This document shows, one piece after another, positions 18,330 through 28,896 of a stretch of 64,000 bases of DNA. Position 1 is the stretch's first letter. The number at the start of each line of letters is the position of its first letter. Both the position numbers and the translations under genes were made by a program. The notes beneath the pieces were generated by a model. The model saw only the letters and a list, made by a program, of their open reading frames with translations, did no database searches and was not told where the DNA came from. The DNA lies in the NCBI GenBank assembly GCA_963719945.1, contig CAVRDX010000004.1, positions 288,001-352,000 of the forward strand, read 5' to 3'. The stretch is from an uncultured Thermoplasmata archaeon (lineage in GTDB: Archaea; Thermoplasmatota; Thermoplasmata; UBA10834).

Positions 18330-20313
18330 TCATGCAATTCCTGTCGATCCCTCTATTCCATCCGGTATGCTGAAAATAAACCTTGCTCCTTTTCCGGGCT
18401 CAGATTCTAACCAGATCTTGCCGCCATGCCGCTCGACTATCTTCTTGCATATCGCGAGTCCGATGCCTGTCCCGGAATATTTACGACCTGCGTGCAATCG
18501 CTGGAATATGATGAATATCCGTTCCGAATATTGCGCTTCAATTCCTATCCCATTGTCCTGGACTGAGAATACCCATTCGCCAATCCCTCGTTCTGCAGAG
18601 ATGTGGATTCGGGGGGTGTCATCCCCTCGGAATTTCATTGCATTGCTGAGCAGATTCTGGAGCAACTGCACGAGCTGACCTGGATCGGCTACAACAATCG
18701 GAAGCGGGCCAGTAGTGATGATGGCCCCGTTGTCTTCTATCGCCATCTTCAAATTGAGCATTGATTCCTTGAGGACATTATTGAAATCGATCTTGGAGAA
18801 CTGCTTTCCTCGCGTTCCAACCCTCGAGAATGCAAGCAGATCATTTATCATTCCTTGAAGCCGGTTTGCTCCATCAACAGCATATCCGATGAATTCATCC
18901 GCATCGTCATCCAGCTTCCCTTCGTATCGTCGAGACAGGAGTTCCAGATAGCTGGCGATCATGCGAAGCGGTTCCTGCAAATCATGAGATGCGATATATG
19001 CGAATTGCTGGAGCTCGTCATTGGACCTCTTCAACTCTACATTGGCCAAGTCTAGTTCCACGGTCCTCTCCTGTATCTTCTTCTCCATGTCGTCCCGATA
19101 CTCCTTGAGGCTCGCGGTCATCTCGTTGAATGTGGATGCGAGCTCACCGATCTCGTCTCTGGAACTGTATGTCGACCCTCCTATCGAGATTCCCTCCAGA
19201 AACGTCTCGAGCTGCTCCCGTGAACAGTCTGATAGGTCTTATGACGGATCGCATCGAGAAATATGCTACGACCCCTCCTAATGCCAATAGCACCGCTGTT
19301 ATCTGTATTGCGACATTGCGCAGCTCGTGTGCGGGAGCGAGCACTTCGTTGAGGTTGTAGCCGACGAGGATGATCCATCCGAATCCACCATAATTCAGAT
19401 ATCCTGGCGAAGTGGCATAGGAATAAAGCACATCGCATCCTCCTTCAGTCGTGACGAATGATCCAGTCTCGCCATCCAATTGTACAAAGTAACTCTTATC
19501 CGAGATGTTTTCCAAGGTGGCATATGCATCCGAAGAGTACAATAGTCTACCATCTGGAGTGACCGCCTTGATCACTCTGCTGGCATATGGTGACGGCGTC
19601 AGTTCTATCTCGGTTTCCCTGACAATGCCAATCAGGTTCACGATGCCCTTCATGACGCCGACCATGGTTCCGCTACTATCTTCTATTCTCACACATACGC
19701 TGACTCCGTATGTGCGAGAGCAATCATCGTAGCCCATGTCGCTGATGTAACTCCCGTTCTCCACAGTAGCGTGCCACCATTCATCATCCTGCAGATACTC
19801 GGTCACTCTAGAAGACATAGCAATAGTCGCTCCATACATGTTGGTGATGAGGACATTATTGTAGACATCGTATCCTCTCTCCACGAGGTTTTTATCAACC
19901 AACCGTTCCTTGATTATTTTGGAAAGGTTATTGTTCTCGATTGATTGAATGAGCTCTGAAGTCTCATCGAACGGCACGGAGTGCCACTCAGAATCGATTT
20001 CTGCGATGTATGCTTCGAGATCCGGTAACTCACCGAAATCAATGTTCGATTGTGACACAGCATCGACGAGTTCCGAGTCTTGGGACAGGAGGTCGATGGC
20101 ATAATGTTTCAATAATATGCCTCTATCCAGGCTGAACGAGGATTTCCACGCGACAGCAATCGTGCCCTCCGCAGTTGTGTTCTTCAGGGTTTCGCTGTTC
20201 TGTATAAGAACCAACCATGTGAGTCCGCTCATTAAGACAAGTACAGCTATGAATCCGACACCCAACTTGAATGTCACACCGGATCCGAACTGGAGTTTGG
20301 TATCGCTGGTCAT
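18330..20313 (-). CDS. Membrane sensor histidine kinase TM-Cache-TM-HAMP-HisKA-HATPase (apparent frameshift at 19163-19164)
   Basis: Two TMs flanking a Cache-like domain; HAMP split (RRVDIQ|SRDEIGELASTFNEM); SHDLQEPLRMI, NLLSNAMKF, DNGIGI, GTGIGLAIC. Confidence 0.9.
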
Positions 20314-21548
20314 TGATACACCAACTCTTCATTGATTACCTTTGCTGGGAAGAGGGGGATTGCGAAGTTGTGGTCACCAGGAGACACGCATATATTTCCA
20401 AGGACCCCGTTGTAGACGAAACCTTTCAACAGCAGGTTGCGCACGTTCTCCCTCGACACCTCTTGGTCGATAAGGAGGCTGGATAGGAATTTGATTGCAT
20501 CATATCCAGATGCACCTTGATGCGTTATCGAACGGTTATACAAGGCCTGGAAGCTGTTCTCGAGCCGGTCAGAGTACGAATAGGCTGGCCGGTATATGTT
20601 CGGCGCTGAAACATAAGCCCCGTTCGCGACCATTAGTTCTCTGACGGACGGAGTGGCTGCTCCGCTCCCGAGGAAGATGTGTCCCGCGTAGTCGGAATCT
20701 CTTAGCTCCTGGAGTATACCTTCATAGTAGCTAGTCAATCCGACCGCGAAGATCGCGTCATTCTCGGAAAGGTTCTGTACCTGCAATGAGAAATCATCCG
20801 CCCATGGCTCAAATCCTTCGTACTCGAACTGAATTCCTCTCGACTCGATTTCGGGTAGGAATGCGTTGAGAACCGAGTTGCCATACTCATCGTTGATATA
20901 GATGAGTCCCAGCTTCCCGATTTCAAGGGAATCCATCTTGATCAGGGCTGGTCGGACTTCCTCCTGCGCACCGAAGTAGTATCGGAAGACCCAATCCCTT
21001 CCGGCTGTCACGGTGTCAGATGAAGTGACAACCGCGACAAGAGGCGTTTCATTCTCTTCCGCGAGCGGCGCGAGTGCAATGGAGATTGAGCTCACTGCCG
21101 AGATGTACATGAGGGGATGGTACTCGTTCTCGATATCTGCATAGATTTCGACTGCCTTCGATGAGTTGGACTCGCAATCCCTTATGATTAGCTGAATTTC
21201 CCTTCCGTTCAGATGGTTTCTTGTATTGATTTCGTCAACTGCGATGAGCAACGCATCCCTGACGTCTATTGTGGATGCAGCTCCTGCGCCAGTAAGCGAG
21301 AGTATGACGCCTATCCTGATAGGTTCCTTATTCCCATCAACAAAATATTCCACGGAGAAGAACGCCGTGGCTGAGAGGATTATGATTATGAACACTGCTA
21401 ATAATCGATAGTATGTGCGGCCATTCGCATTCTTTTGCTTGCTCCGCAACCTTCTCTGCCTAGTTTTCTCTACTGGATCTGTAATGCTTTCCACCATTCC
21501 AGATAGCGTGCGTCGCGCTGCTAATCCGACTGATTGGTCGGATCTCAT
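20310..21548 (-). CDS. Membrane-anchored LivK-like (branched-chain amino acid type) substrate-binding protein
   Basis: TM anchor then IRIGVILSLTG, AVDEIN, WVFRY, NDEYG, GYDA; ATGA overlap with the kinase; start uncertain. Confidence 0.88.
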   Translation of the reverse strand: MRSDQSVGLAARRTLSGMVESITDPVEKTRQRRLRSKQKNANGRTYYRLLAVFIIIILSATAFFSVEYFVDGNKEPIRIGVILSLTGAGAASTIDVRDALLIAVDEINTRNHLNGREIQLIIRDCESNSSKAVEIYADIENEYHPLMYISAVSSISIALAPLAEENETPLVAVVTSSDTVTAGRDWVFRYYFGAQEEVRPALIKMDSLEIGKLGLIYINDEYGNSVLNAFLPEIESRGIQFEYEGFEPWADDFSLQVQNLSENDAIFAVGLTSYYEGILQELRDSDYAGHIFLGSGAATPSVRELMVANGAYVSAPNIYRPAYSYSDRLENSFQALYNRSITHQGASGYDAIKFLSSLLIDQEVSRENVRNLLLKGFVYNGVLGNICVSPGDHNFAIPLFPAKVINEELVYQ

Positions 21549-21690
21549 CGAACCCAGCCCCCCCATCTATCGACAAGAGGCACAATAATGATATCGGTGA
21601 GCTGTGCGTCTTTGGATATCATATCCACTCACCCGCCCGCCCTGGCTGACTGTAGGGTGTGTATTTGTTCAGCCGCAGAAACAATGGATA

Positions 21691-21763
21691 TGGGCCCAAC
21701 CGGATTTGAACCGGTGATCTACGCCGTGTAAGGGCGTTGTCATAACCGCTAGACCATGGGCCC
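21691..21763 (-). tRNA. tRNA-Val(TAC)
   Basis: GGGCCCA...TGGGCCC-A acceptor stem, anticodon arm ACGCC-CTTACAC-GGCGT, T-loop GGTTCAAATCC. Confidence 0.96.
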
Positions 21764-21817
21764 GTTGGGGCGGACCAGTTTATGCCCTACCTGTTCTTAA
21801 AACATTCTCAGCCCGGT

Positions 21818-22399
21818 TCAGCGTTTCGCAGCATCGAAGCCCATGGCGAATGCCTGGAGGTTCTCCTCGAGCTTCCTCGGTATATTCATCTTTACCGAGT
21901 TCTCGAAATGCTCCCTTGGGATTCCTGTTACACCGGTCCCTGCCAGCGCTCCGACCATGACGACGTTCGATGATATCGGCACGCCAGCCTTCTCTGCGAT
22001 CTCCCCCGAGTCGATCATGAAGACTCGGGCCGAGGTCTCTTCCATCTTCTTCTTGATCTCTTCGAGCTCCGGATACCTCATCTTCTGCGTGGACACGCTC
22101 AGGGGCACGACCCTCTCAGTGGAGCTGATGACCACGGTCTTCTTAGATGACTTGCAGACCGCTCTCTCGGTCTCCAAGAGTTCAAGCGAGAGTATTACAT
22201 CCGCGTCGCCATCGGTTATCAATGGGCTTGCATGGTCGCCGATCCTCGCAGTGCAGACGACGGACCCGCCTCTCTGGGCCATGCCGTGCGTCTCGCTCAT
22301 TATCACGCCTTTGCCCGCTAGGATCGCTGCATCGCCGATTATCTTGGATGCGGTGATTATCCCCTGGCCACCAACACCTACGAGGTAGATGTCGACCAT
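21818..22399 (-). CDS. iorB: Indolepyruvate:ferredoxin oxidoreductase beta subunit
   Basis: GVGGQGII, SETHGMAQRGGSV, NVVMVGA. Confidence 0.95.
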   Translation of the reverse strand: MVDIYLVGVGGQGIITASKIIGDAAILAGKGVIMSETHGMAQRGGSVVCTARIGDHASPLITDGDADVILSLELLETERAVCKSSKKTVVISSTERVVPLSVSTQKMRYPELEEIKKKMEETSARVFMIDSGEIAEKAGVPISSNVVMVGALAGTGVTGIPREHFENSVKMNIPRKLEENLQAFAMGFDAAKR

Positions 22400-24249
22400 C
22401 ACTGCACCTCCTTGATAGCATTGTATGGACAGACATTCGCACATACTCCGCAGCCCGCGCATTGAGCCTCGTCTATGGTCTGCACCTTGTCGACGCTCGA
22501 TATCGCTGGGCATTGGAACTTCGTGACACAGGTCCTGCACTTCTTGCAGTCGGCCTGGTCGATGAAGTGCTTCTTGATGATGGCCCCTTTCTCGTCCCTC
22601 TTGACGATGAGGGCGCATTCTCTTCTGGCGATTATGACTGTGATGCTATCCTGAGCGAGTGCCTCTTTGATGGTCTCGGTCATCAAAGCGACATCATACG
22701 GATCGACGGTTCTGATCCACTTCACCCCACATCCCTTAACGACATCCTCTATCGGCAGGGATATCGCTTCGGGATTGCAGGGGTCTCTGCCGCTTCCAGG
22801 GTGAGGTTGATGCCCGGTCATCGCGGTCGTGCGGTTGTCGAGGATCATCAACAGGAACTTGTGTCTCTGATGGACCGCATTCAACAATCCCGGTATACCG
22901 GAGTGGAAGAATGTCGAGTCGCCTATGAATGAGATGATCGGCAGATCGTTCACCTTTGCGAGTCCTCCCGCGGTACCGACGCTGGAGCCCATGCATACGA
23001 GGAAGTCCGCGGCGCTGTACGGCGGCGCGACCCCCAATGTGTAGCAGCCGATATCCGATGCGAAGATCGCCTTCTTGTTAGTGGCCTTGTTGACCGCGAA
23101 GTAAGTCGCACTGTGTGGGCATCCTGCACATAGTACTGGCGGGCGCTTTGGCAGGTCTTCAGGGAGTTCGCATTTCTTCTGGTCTCCCGCGCTTCCAAGA
23201 CCGAATGCATTTCTCAAACCTTTCGCCACGATATCCTGATCGAATTCGTGCGCTCTCGGGAACACTCCATCGAGCTTCCCTACCACCTTGGTCTTCAACC
23301 CATCTCTCTGGATGATAGCCCTTATCGCAGTCTCCAGGATCGGCTCGAGCTCCTCGACCACAGTGACGATCTCGTGGGACTTCAGGAATTCTGTAACTTT
23401 TCTGACAGGCAGCGGATTGGAGAATCCTAGCTTCAGTAGGTCGACTGATAGTGAAAGGCTGACCGCTGCATCCGAAGCGTAATTCGCGGCGACGGAGGAT
23501 GCTATCATACCGAACTTCTCGGAACCGCCTTTTATTTTGATGGATCGGTTGAACTCTGAAACCTCAGCGATCTCTTGAGCCTTCTTGAGCTGCTCGAGCA
23601 ACACCAAGTGCCTGACCCGGGCGACTGCAGGGACCGTCACGAATCTCGTGGGGTCCTTGATGAACTCCTTCTTCTTTGGACCTTGGACAATCTTACCTAC
23701 ATTTACGGGTCCGCGCACGTGCGACACGCGCGTAGTCGTACGTAGCATCACAGGTTGCTCGAGCTTCTCAGAGATCTCGAACGCCTTCTTCGTCATCTCG
23801 TAGCATTCCTGTGGTGATGCAGGCTCGAAGAGCGGGAACCCTCCGAGAAGTGAATAGTACCTGTTGTCCTGTTCGTTCTGACTCGAGTGACATGACGGAT
23901 CATCCGCGGTAACTAGCACGAAGCCGCCTCTGGTGCCCGTGTACGCGAAAGTCATCAGAGGATCCGCGGCTACGTTGACCCCTACATGTTTCATGCTGAC
24001 GATGGCTCTCACGCCTGAAGCAGCCGCCCCCATGGCAATCTCGGCCGCGACTTTCTCGTTGACCGAATATTCGAAGTATATTCCCGCATCCTTGGCCACG
24101 CGCGCGAGCGTGTCACCTATCTCAGACGCTGGCGTGCCTGGATATGTTGTGGCGACTGATATCCCTGCCTCCAAGGCCCCCCTCGCGATCGCCTCATTTC
24201 CGAGTAGAAGGATCTTGGACCCTGGTTCGGATGACAGAACCTTGTCCAT
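22399..24249 (-). CDS. iorA: Indolepyruvate:ferredoxin oxidoreductase alpha subunit
   Basis: LGNEAIARG, YPGTPASE, MKHVG, SSQNEQD, LCAGCPH, DIGCY, GDSTFFH, TAMTGHQ, C-terminal ferredoxin. Confidence 0.96.
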   Translation of the reverse strand: MDKVLSSEPGSKILLLGNEAIARGALEAGISVATTYPGTPASEIGDTLARVAKDAGIYFEYSVNEKVAAEIAMGAAASGVRAIVSMKHVGVNVAADPLMTFAYTGTRGGFVLVTADDPSCHSSQNEQDNRYYSLLGGFPLFEPASPQECYEMTKKAFEISEKLEQPVMLRTTTRVSHVRGPVNVGKIVQGPKKKEFIKDPTRFVTVPAVARVRHLVLLEQLKKAQEIAEVSEFNRSIKIKGGSEKFGMIASSVAANYASDAAVSLSLSVDLLKLGFSNPLPVRKVTEFLKSHEIVTVVEELEPILETAIRAIIQRDGLKTKVVGKLDGVFPRAHEFDQDIVAKGLRNAFGLGSAGDQKKCELPEDLPKRPPVLCAGCPHSATYFAVNKATNKKAIFASDIGCYTLGVAPPYSAADFLVCMGSSVGTAGGLAKVNDLPIISFIGDSTFFHSGIPGLLNAVHQRHKFLLMILDNRTTAMTGHQPHPGSGRDPCNPEAISLPIEDVVKGCGVKWIRTVDPYDVALMTETIKEALAQDSITVIIARRECALIVKRDEKGAIIKKHFIDQADCKKCRTCVTKFQCPAISSVDKVQTIDEAQCAGCGVCANVCPYNAIKEVQ

Positions 24250-24540
24250 GGTGTTCCTGTTAACGATTTCCAAAGGAAATACCTTTTCGAGTGACCATTA
24301 TCGTGCATTCGACTGATTTAGCGACCGAGAAATAGGATGGCTCGGCACCTAAAAATAGGGACATCGCAGATTCTCCCTCGTCTGCGATTCTAGCGAACTT
24401 CGATTACTCCAGGGGACATATACATGGATCACGGTGCCAGGGACAACAGTCTTAACAGTGGACAGGGATTCTACGGAAGCAACTACAAGGGAACACAACA
24501 TAAGGTGATCAAATCCAAGACGGTCGATCATCAGAGGCCA

Positions 24541-26082
24541 ATGAACCGCAGATTTGTACAGAAACGATTGGTTCTGGCGTTCGTATCATTTGGCATCGTC
24601 GCATCAATGGCACTTCTTGCTTTGAATGGCCTTCACCTTCCATCATTCGGCAAGGCACCTTCTGTGCCTGACTCTGACGAACCGGTATATTCTTACGACT
24701 GGCCAGTCGACTACCTCAACGACACTGTGATACCTATTGGCACTATCCATTCTGATTTCTCGACCTATGATGAGACTGATGTGGCTGTTCAGGGAAATGT
24801 GACGGCTGCCCCTGACGAATATGACAATGGTTGCTTTTTCATACAGGATTCCACAGGCGGACTCATGGTACGGACCGCAGGTTCGGGATTCACGTTCAAC
24901 CTCAACAGAGGGGATTATGTTAGATTGTATGGGACGGTGGCGCAGACTGTCCAGGGCATGCACGTGATAGAGGATGCCCAGAGCTATTGGCTGATGGGTA
25001 CCGGTAACACCGTCTATGTACAGCACATGTACAACTCATCGCTCGTGGCTGCATCGGATCAGGGGATGCTTGTCAAGATGAACGGATACCTGACCAACTT
25101 CAGCTACGACAACACTTCCCATACCGTTCCAGATTGGGAGAAGGTTTCGTGCACATCCACCCTGTGGATGTATAGTCGCAACTTCACAGTGCAGGCGACA
25201 AACTTCACACTCTCTGATTACGATGGATTTGCGATGGTGACCGGAGTGATGTTCTATGTTGATGGTTCATACGCACTGAATCCGCGGTCATCCTCGGACA
25301 TAGATCATGGTGACGGGCCTTATTGGACACCAAACGTTGATGGCTATCTTGACGATTGGACCTCGTCCGAGATGGCCGTCGACGATTCTGACAGCGATGC
25401 CAATATCGTTGGCTACGAAATGAAGTGTTTGTACACAACGTGGGACTCAGAATTCCTTCACATAGGTGTAGAGTATGCCATCGGAGAATACGGTTCGGCA
25501 ATAGTGTATATTGACGCAATCCCTGGGCAAGGGGCTAGTAATGTGTCAGCCTTGACAGATATGTGGGGATGGGATCCGTTTGCTTGCTCCAGGCACCTGG
25601 AGTTCCGAGACGGTTTCGAAGCGGATTATATGCTTCTCAGATACGAGGACGGATATCCTGTCCTCCTCAGGTTGATCTCGAACGGATTGTATGAGGACGC
25701 GACATTGGGGATGGCTGCCTTGGCCACCGGAACCGTGGATGGTGGGAGTGCATTCATCGAAGCAGCAATCCCCTGGACTACGATATTTGGAATGGATCCT
25801 GGTGAAGTCCCACTCGGGTCAACCATCCGCATGGTTGCAGTGGTCACTGGTGGATCGGATACCAATGTATTCGACTCCGCGCCAGATTCCGTGCTAATAC
25901 CAACATGGTACGACTGGACCAAGCTGTACTACTTCTACGACTTCTGCATAGATTGCGATCTTGACGGTTACCCTGATGATTACAGCTCGGGATTCGCGAT
26001 ACCCGAATTTTCCATCCTGATAGTCGTCCCGATGATGGTCGCGATGGTGTTGGTGGTTCGCGCTAGAAGGAAGAAGACCTAG
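24541..26082 (+). CDS. Surface protein with OB-fold-like and DOMON/CBM9-like regions and a PEF-CTERM sorting signal
   Basis: N-terminal signal/TM; FFIQDSTGGL...RGDYVRLYGTV; VDGYLDDW; C-terminus IPEF + TM + RARRKKT. Confidence 0.8.
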   Translation: MNRRFVQKRLVLAFVSFGIVASMALLALNGLHLPSFGKAPSVPDSDEPVYSYDWPVDYLNDTVIPIGTIHSDFSTYDETDVAVQGNVTAAPDEYDNGCFFIQDSTGGLMVRTAGSGFTFNLNRGDYVRLYGTVAQTVQGMHVIEDAQSYWLMGTGNTVYVQHMYNSSLVAASDQGMLVKMNGYLTNFSYDNTSHTVPDWEKVSCTSTLWMYSRNFTVQATNFTLSDYDGFAMVTGVMFYVDGSYALNPRSSSDIDHGDGPYWTPNVDGYLDDWTSSEMAVDDSDSDANIVGYEMKCLYTTWDSEFLHIGVEYAIGEYGSAIVYIDAIPGQGASNVSALTDMWGWDPFACSRHLEFRDGFEADYMLLRYEDGYPVLLRLISNGLYEDATLGMAALATGTVDGGSAFIEAAIPWTTIFGMDPGEVPLGSTIRMVAVVTGGSDTNVFDSAPDSVLIPTWYDWTKLYYFYDFCIDCDLDGYPDDYSSGFAIPEFSILIVVPMMVAMVLVVRARRKKT

Positions 26083-26115
26083 ATTTGAAATAGTCATGGT
26101 CTGATTGAGAATGCG

Positions 26116-27378
26116 TTGACTGGAAGGACGATCGCGGAGAAGATTATAGGCAGGTCAGCGGGTTATCCCGAGGCGAGGGAAGGGCAGATCCTCGAAGCTT
26201 CCCCAGATCTGGTGATGTCTCACGAGAACACGTTCCTGGTGAACAAATCATTCTCGGAGCTCGGCAGAGAACGCCCTTGGGACCCTGAGAAGATTGTCAT
26301 AGTCCTCGATCACCGTACCCCGGCAAACACTACGCAGACCGCGACGGTGCACTCGAAGATCAGGGAGATAGTGAAAGGCTTTGGCATCAATAGATTCTAT
26401 GATGCCGGGGAAGGGATATGTCATCAGCTTCTGGTGGAGAAGCGGCTTGCACGCCCTGGCCAATTGATTCTGGGCACGGACTCCCACACTACCACGGCAG
26501 GCGCAATCGGAGCATTCGCTACAGGCATTGGCGCCACCGAGATGGCGGGTGTCTGGGCAACTGGCCGCATATGGCTGAAGGTTCCTAAGTCCATCATGAT
26601 CAATATATTCGGTACGATGCCGAAAGGAGTATTCGCCAAGGATATTGCGTTGTACCTTGCAGGAATAATGGGTCCGTCTGGGGCAGAGTACAAGTGCATG
26701 GAGTTCACTGGAGAACTCATCCCTTCGATGTCCATCTCGAGTAGGATGGTTCTCTGCAACATGAGCATGGAGATGGGGGCGAAGGGTGCGGTGATGCCTT
26801 GTGACGATGTCACTCGGTCGTGGTATCGAGGTCACACGGATTCCGAACTGATTCCAGTCTCCTCGGATGAGAATGCGCGTTACGATAACTGGATCGACAT
26901 CGAAGTCGATGGCCTCACGCCGATGGTGTCTGGTCCTCACAAGGTGGAAGCCGTCAAATCTGTTGAGAAGATGAAGGGCAAAGTAATCGATCAGGCCTTT
27001 ATAGGTACCTGTACAAATGGACGACTAGAAGATCTCGAGGCGGCAGCGATGATCCTGAAAGGCCAGAAGGTCTCACCCAACTGCAGGTTGATAGTCGCTC
27101 CAGCTTCGAGGGATATCCTGACGGAGGCTGCAGACAGAGGATACGTGCAGATCATACTGAAAGCGGGCGGAACCATTCTACCACCTGGATGCGGACCGTG
27201 TCTCGGGTCTCACGGAGGAGTCCTCGGGCCGAAAGAGGTGTGCATATCGTCCAGCAACAGGAACTTCCCAGGAAGGATGGGATCCGACATCGCCGAGATA
27301 TACCTCGCTAGTCCAGCAACCGTGGCTGCGAGCGCGATCGTCGGAAGGATAACCGATCCGAGGAGTGTGATGCGATGA
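26116..27378 (+). CDS. 3-isopropylmalate dehydratase/homoaconitase family large subunit
   Basis: TIAEKI, LDH, GEGICHQ, GTDSHT, IGTCTNGR, PGCGPCLG, SNRNFPGRMG, LASPA. Confidence 0.93.
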   Translation: MTGRTIAEKIIGRSAGYPEAREGQILEASPDLVMSHENTFLVNKSFSELGRERPWDPEKIVIVLDHRTPANTTQTATVHSKIREIVKGFGINRFYDAGEGICHQLLVEKRLARPGQLILGTDSHTTTAGAIGAFATGIGATEMAGVWATGRIWLKVPKSIMINIFGTMPKGVFAKDIALYLAGIMGPSGAEYKCMEFTGELIPSMSISSRMVLCNMSMEMGAKGAVMPCDDVTRSWYRGHTDSELIPVSSDENARYDNWIDIEVDGLTPMVSGPHKVEAVKSVEKMKGKVIDQAFIGTCTNGRLEDLEAAAMILKGQKVSPNCRLIVAPASRDILTEAADRGYVQIILKAGGTILPPGCGPCLGSHGGVLGPKEVCISSSNRNFPGRMGSDIAEIYLASPATVAASAIVGRITDPRSVMR

Positions 27379-27878
27379 ACGTAAAGGGCAGAGTCTGGTT
27401 GTTCGGTGACGATGTGAATACCGATTTGATAATCCCGGGCCGATACCTTGACAATTACGATCCTTCGCACCTTGCAGCGCACGCGATGGAGGGTGCGAAT
27501 AAGGAGTTCGCGTCGAAAGTCTCTCCTGGAGATATCGTTGTCGCGGGGTGCAATTTCGGATGCGGTTCGAGCAGGGAACAAGCAGTGATCGCCTTGAAGC
27601 AATCTGGCGTGTCGGCCGTGATCGCGAAGTCATTCGCGAGGATATTCTACAGGAACGCGATCAACCTCGGCCTTCACGCAGTGGAATGTGATGATGCAGC
27701 TAGCGTATTCTCGGATGGCGAGATCGCTCTGCTGGATATCGATGCTCATACGATGTGCTCCGAGAACGGATCCAGTCGCGTGGAGCTCAAAGAGATCCCA
27801 CACCACGCAAAGAAGATCATCGACTCCGGAGGACTCATACCTCATCTGAAGTCTCAGATCGGAAAGAGGGAGCATTGA
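27375..27878 (+). CDS. 3-isopropylmalate dehydratase/homoaconitase family small subunit
   Basis: FGDDVNTDLIIPG, NFGCGSSREQA, SFARIFYRNAINLG. Confidence 0.93.
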   Translation: MNVKGRVWLFGDDVNTDLIIPGRYLDNYDPSHLAAHAMEGANKEFASKVSPGDIVVAGCNFGCGSSREQAVIALKQSGVSAVIAKSFARIFYRNAINLGLHAVECDDAASVFSDGEIALLDIDAHTMCSENGSSRVELKEIPHHAKKIIDSGGLIPHLKSQIGKREH

Positions 27879-28094
27879 CGGTCGAAACGAACCAGAACGG
27901 TGGAATCATATTCTTCATTTAGCCCGATCTCCTATCGAAATGGCAGACTTCGTGGTCGAGGACACTTTCGGATATCTCGGGCTAGCGATACTGTTATTCA
28001 TAGTCGTTTACGTGATTTTGCGCCTTCTGACGCATCGGCACTGACGCTCCCATCCTGCAAAGGCTATTATATGCCAGACTAATCACCGCATTGC

Positions 28095-28171
28095 GGGCCC
28101 GTGGGGTAGTTAGGATATCCTTCTGGCCTTCGAAGCCGGTGACGTGGGTTCAAATCCCACCGGGCCCGCCA
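28095..28171 (+). tRNA. tRNA-Arg(TCG), CCA encoded
   Basis: GGGCCCG...CGGGCCC-G-CCA, anticodon arm CTGGC-CTTCGAA-GCCGG, T-loop GGTTCAAATCC. Confidence 0.96.
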
Positions 28172-28234
28172 GACTTCCCAAATACTTATTGTGGGAAGGG
28201 TCATATAGGTGGAATTGGGTCGTAGCGTGGGGAC

Positions 28235-28870
28235 ATGGCATCGAAAGCGCGACTATTTCAAGTAAATCGACGAATGCTGTACGGAATTCTGGCTCTCGCA
28301 GTTGCCGTTACTGTGATTTTGGCTGGTATCTTGTACTATCTGGATGCCCACCGATACCCGTCCGAAGAAACTCCTCTCGTGTTGCGCTCCTGGGGAATCA
28401 GCTGGGTCATGGAGCAGGAAGATCTCGATCATCTATTTCTAGTGTCTCCGTTTGAGAACATTAGTTTGTTGTGGACCGATTTCGGTGGCGTCTATTACGG
28501 GAGCCCACCTCTGAATTCGACATTCCCTCGGGTGAGCATATCTCAATTCGAGCTGCCGGACAACGTGACAACATTGTTCGAGACTTACATCGTCGGTTGG
28601 CATTCCGACAACACTGTGAATGGAGTCCGCATCATTGGCGCGTACGGAGTCTTCATAACGGACGAGAATGAGAACGGCTTGTTTGACTATGGGGACGCAA
28701 TCTCTCTCTTCTATGGAGTCTATGAGAATGGCACACTGACTCAACAGGGATTTCAAAGCGCTACTGAATATGGCATAGGACTATACTCTTCAGAAAATCT
28801 CTTGCATTCATCCATACAGTTCAAGTACGCAATCCATCACGAAAGGCTTTACGCCTGGGCATCAAATTAG
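28235..28870 (+). CDS. Membrane-anchored hypothetical exported protein (cassette 1 cargo)
   Basis: Single N-terminal TM; acidic DENENGLFDYGD loop resembling a Ca-binding DxDxDG motif; GGGGA RBS. Confidence 0.75.
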   Translation: MASKARLFQVNRRMLYGILALAVAVTVILAGILYYLDAHRYPSEETPLVLRSWGISWVMEQEDLDHLFLVSPFENISLLWTDFGGVYYGSPPLNSTFPRVSISQFELPDNVTTLFETYIVGWHSDNTVNGVRIIGAYGVFITDENENGLFDYGDAISLFYGVYENGTLTQQGFQSATEYGIGLYSSENLLHSSIQFKYAIHHERLYAWASN

Positions 28871-28896
28871 CCTGAAGATTGGATGGAAAGAAAGAG

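Noticed and set aside
15100-21690. att duplication of the tRNA-Val 3' end bounding the signalling cluster
   Set aside because: No second copy of TGGGCCCAACCGG was found by eye, so it is not called a mobile element.
24357-24494. AGGGA(C) recurring at roughly 24-28 nt spacing upstream of the PEF-CTERM gene
   Set aside because: Too short and irregular to separate from chance; partly inside a possible N-terminal extension.
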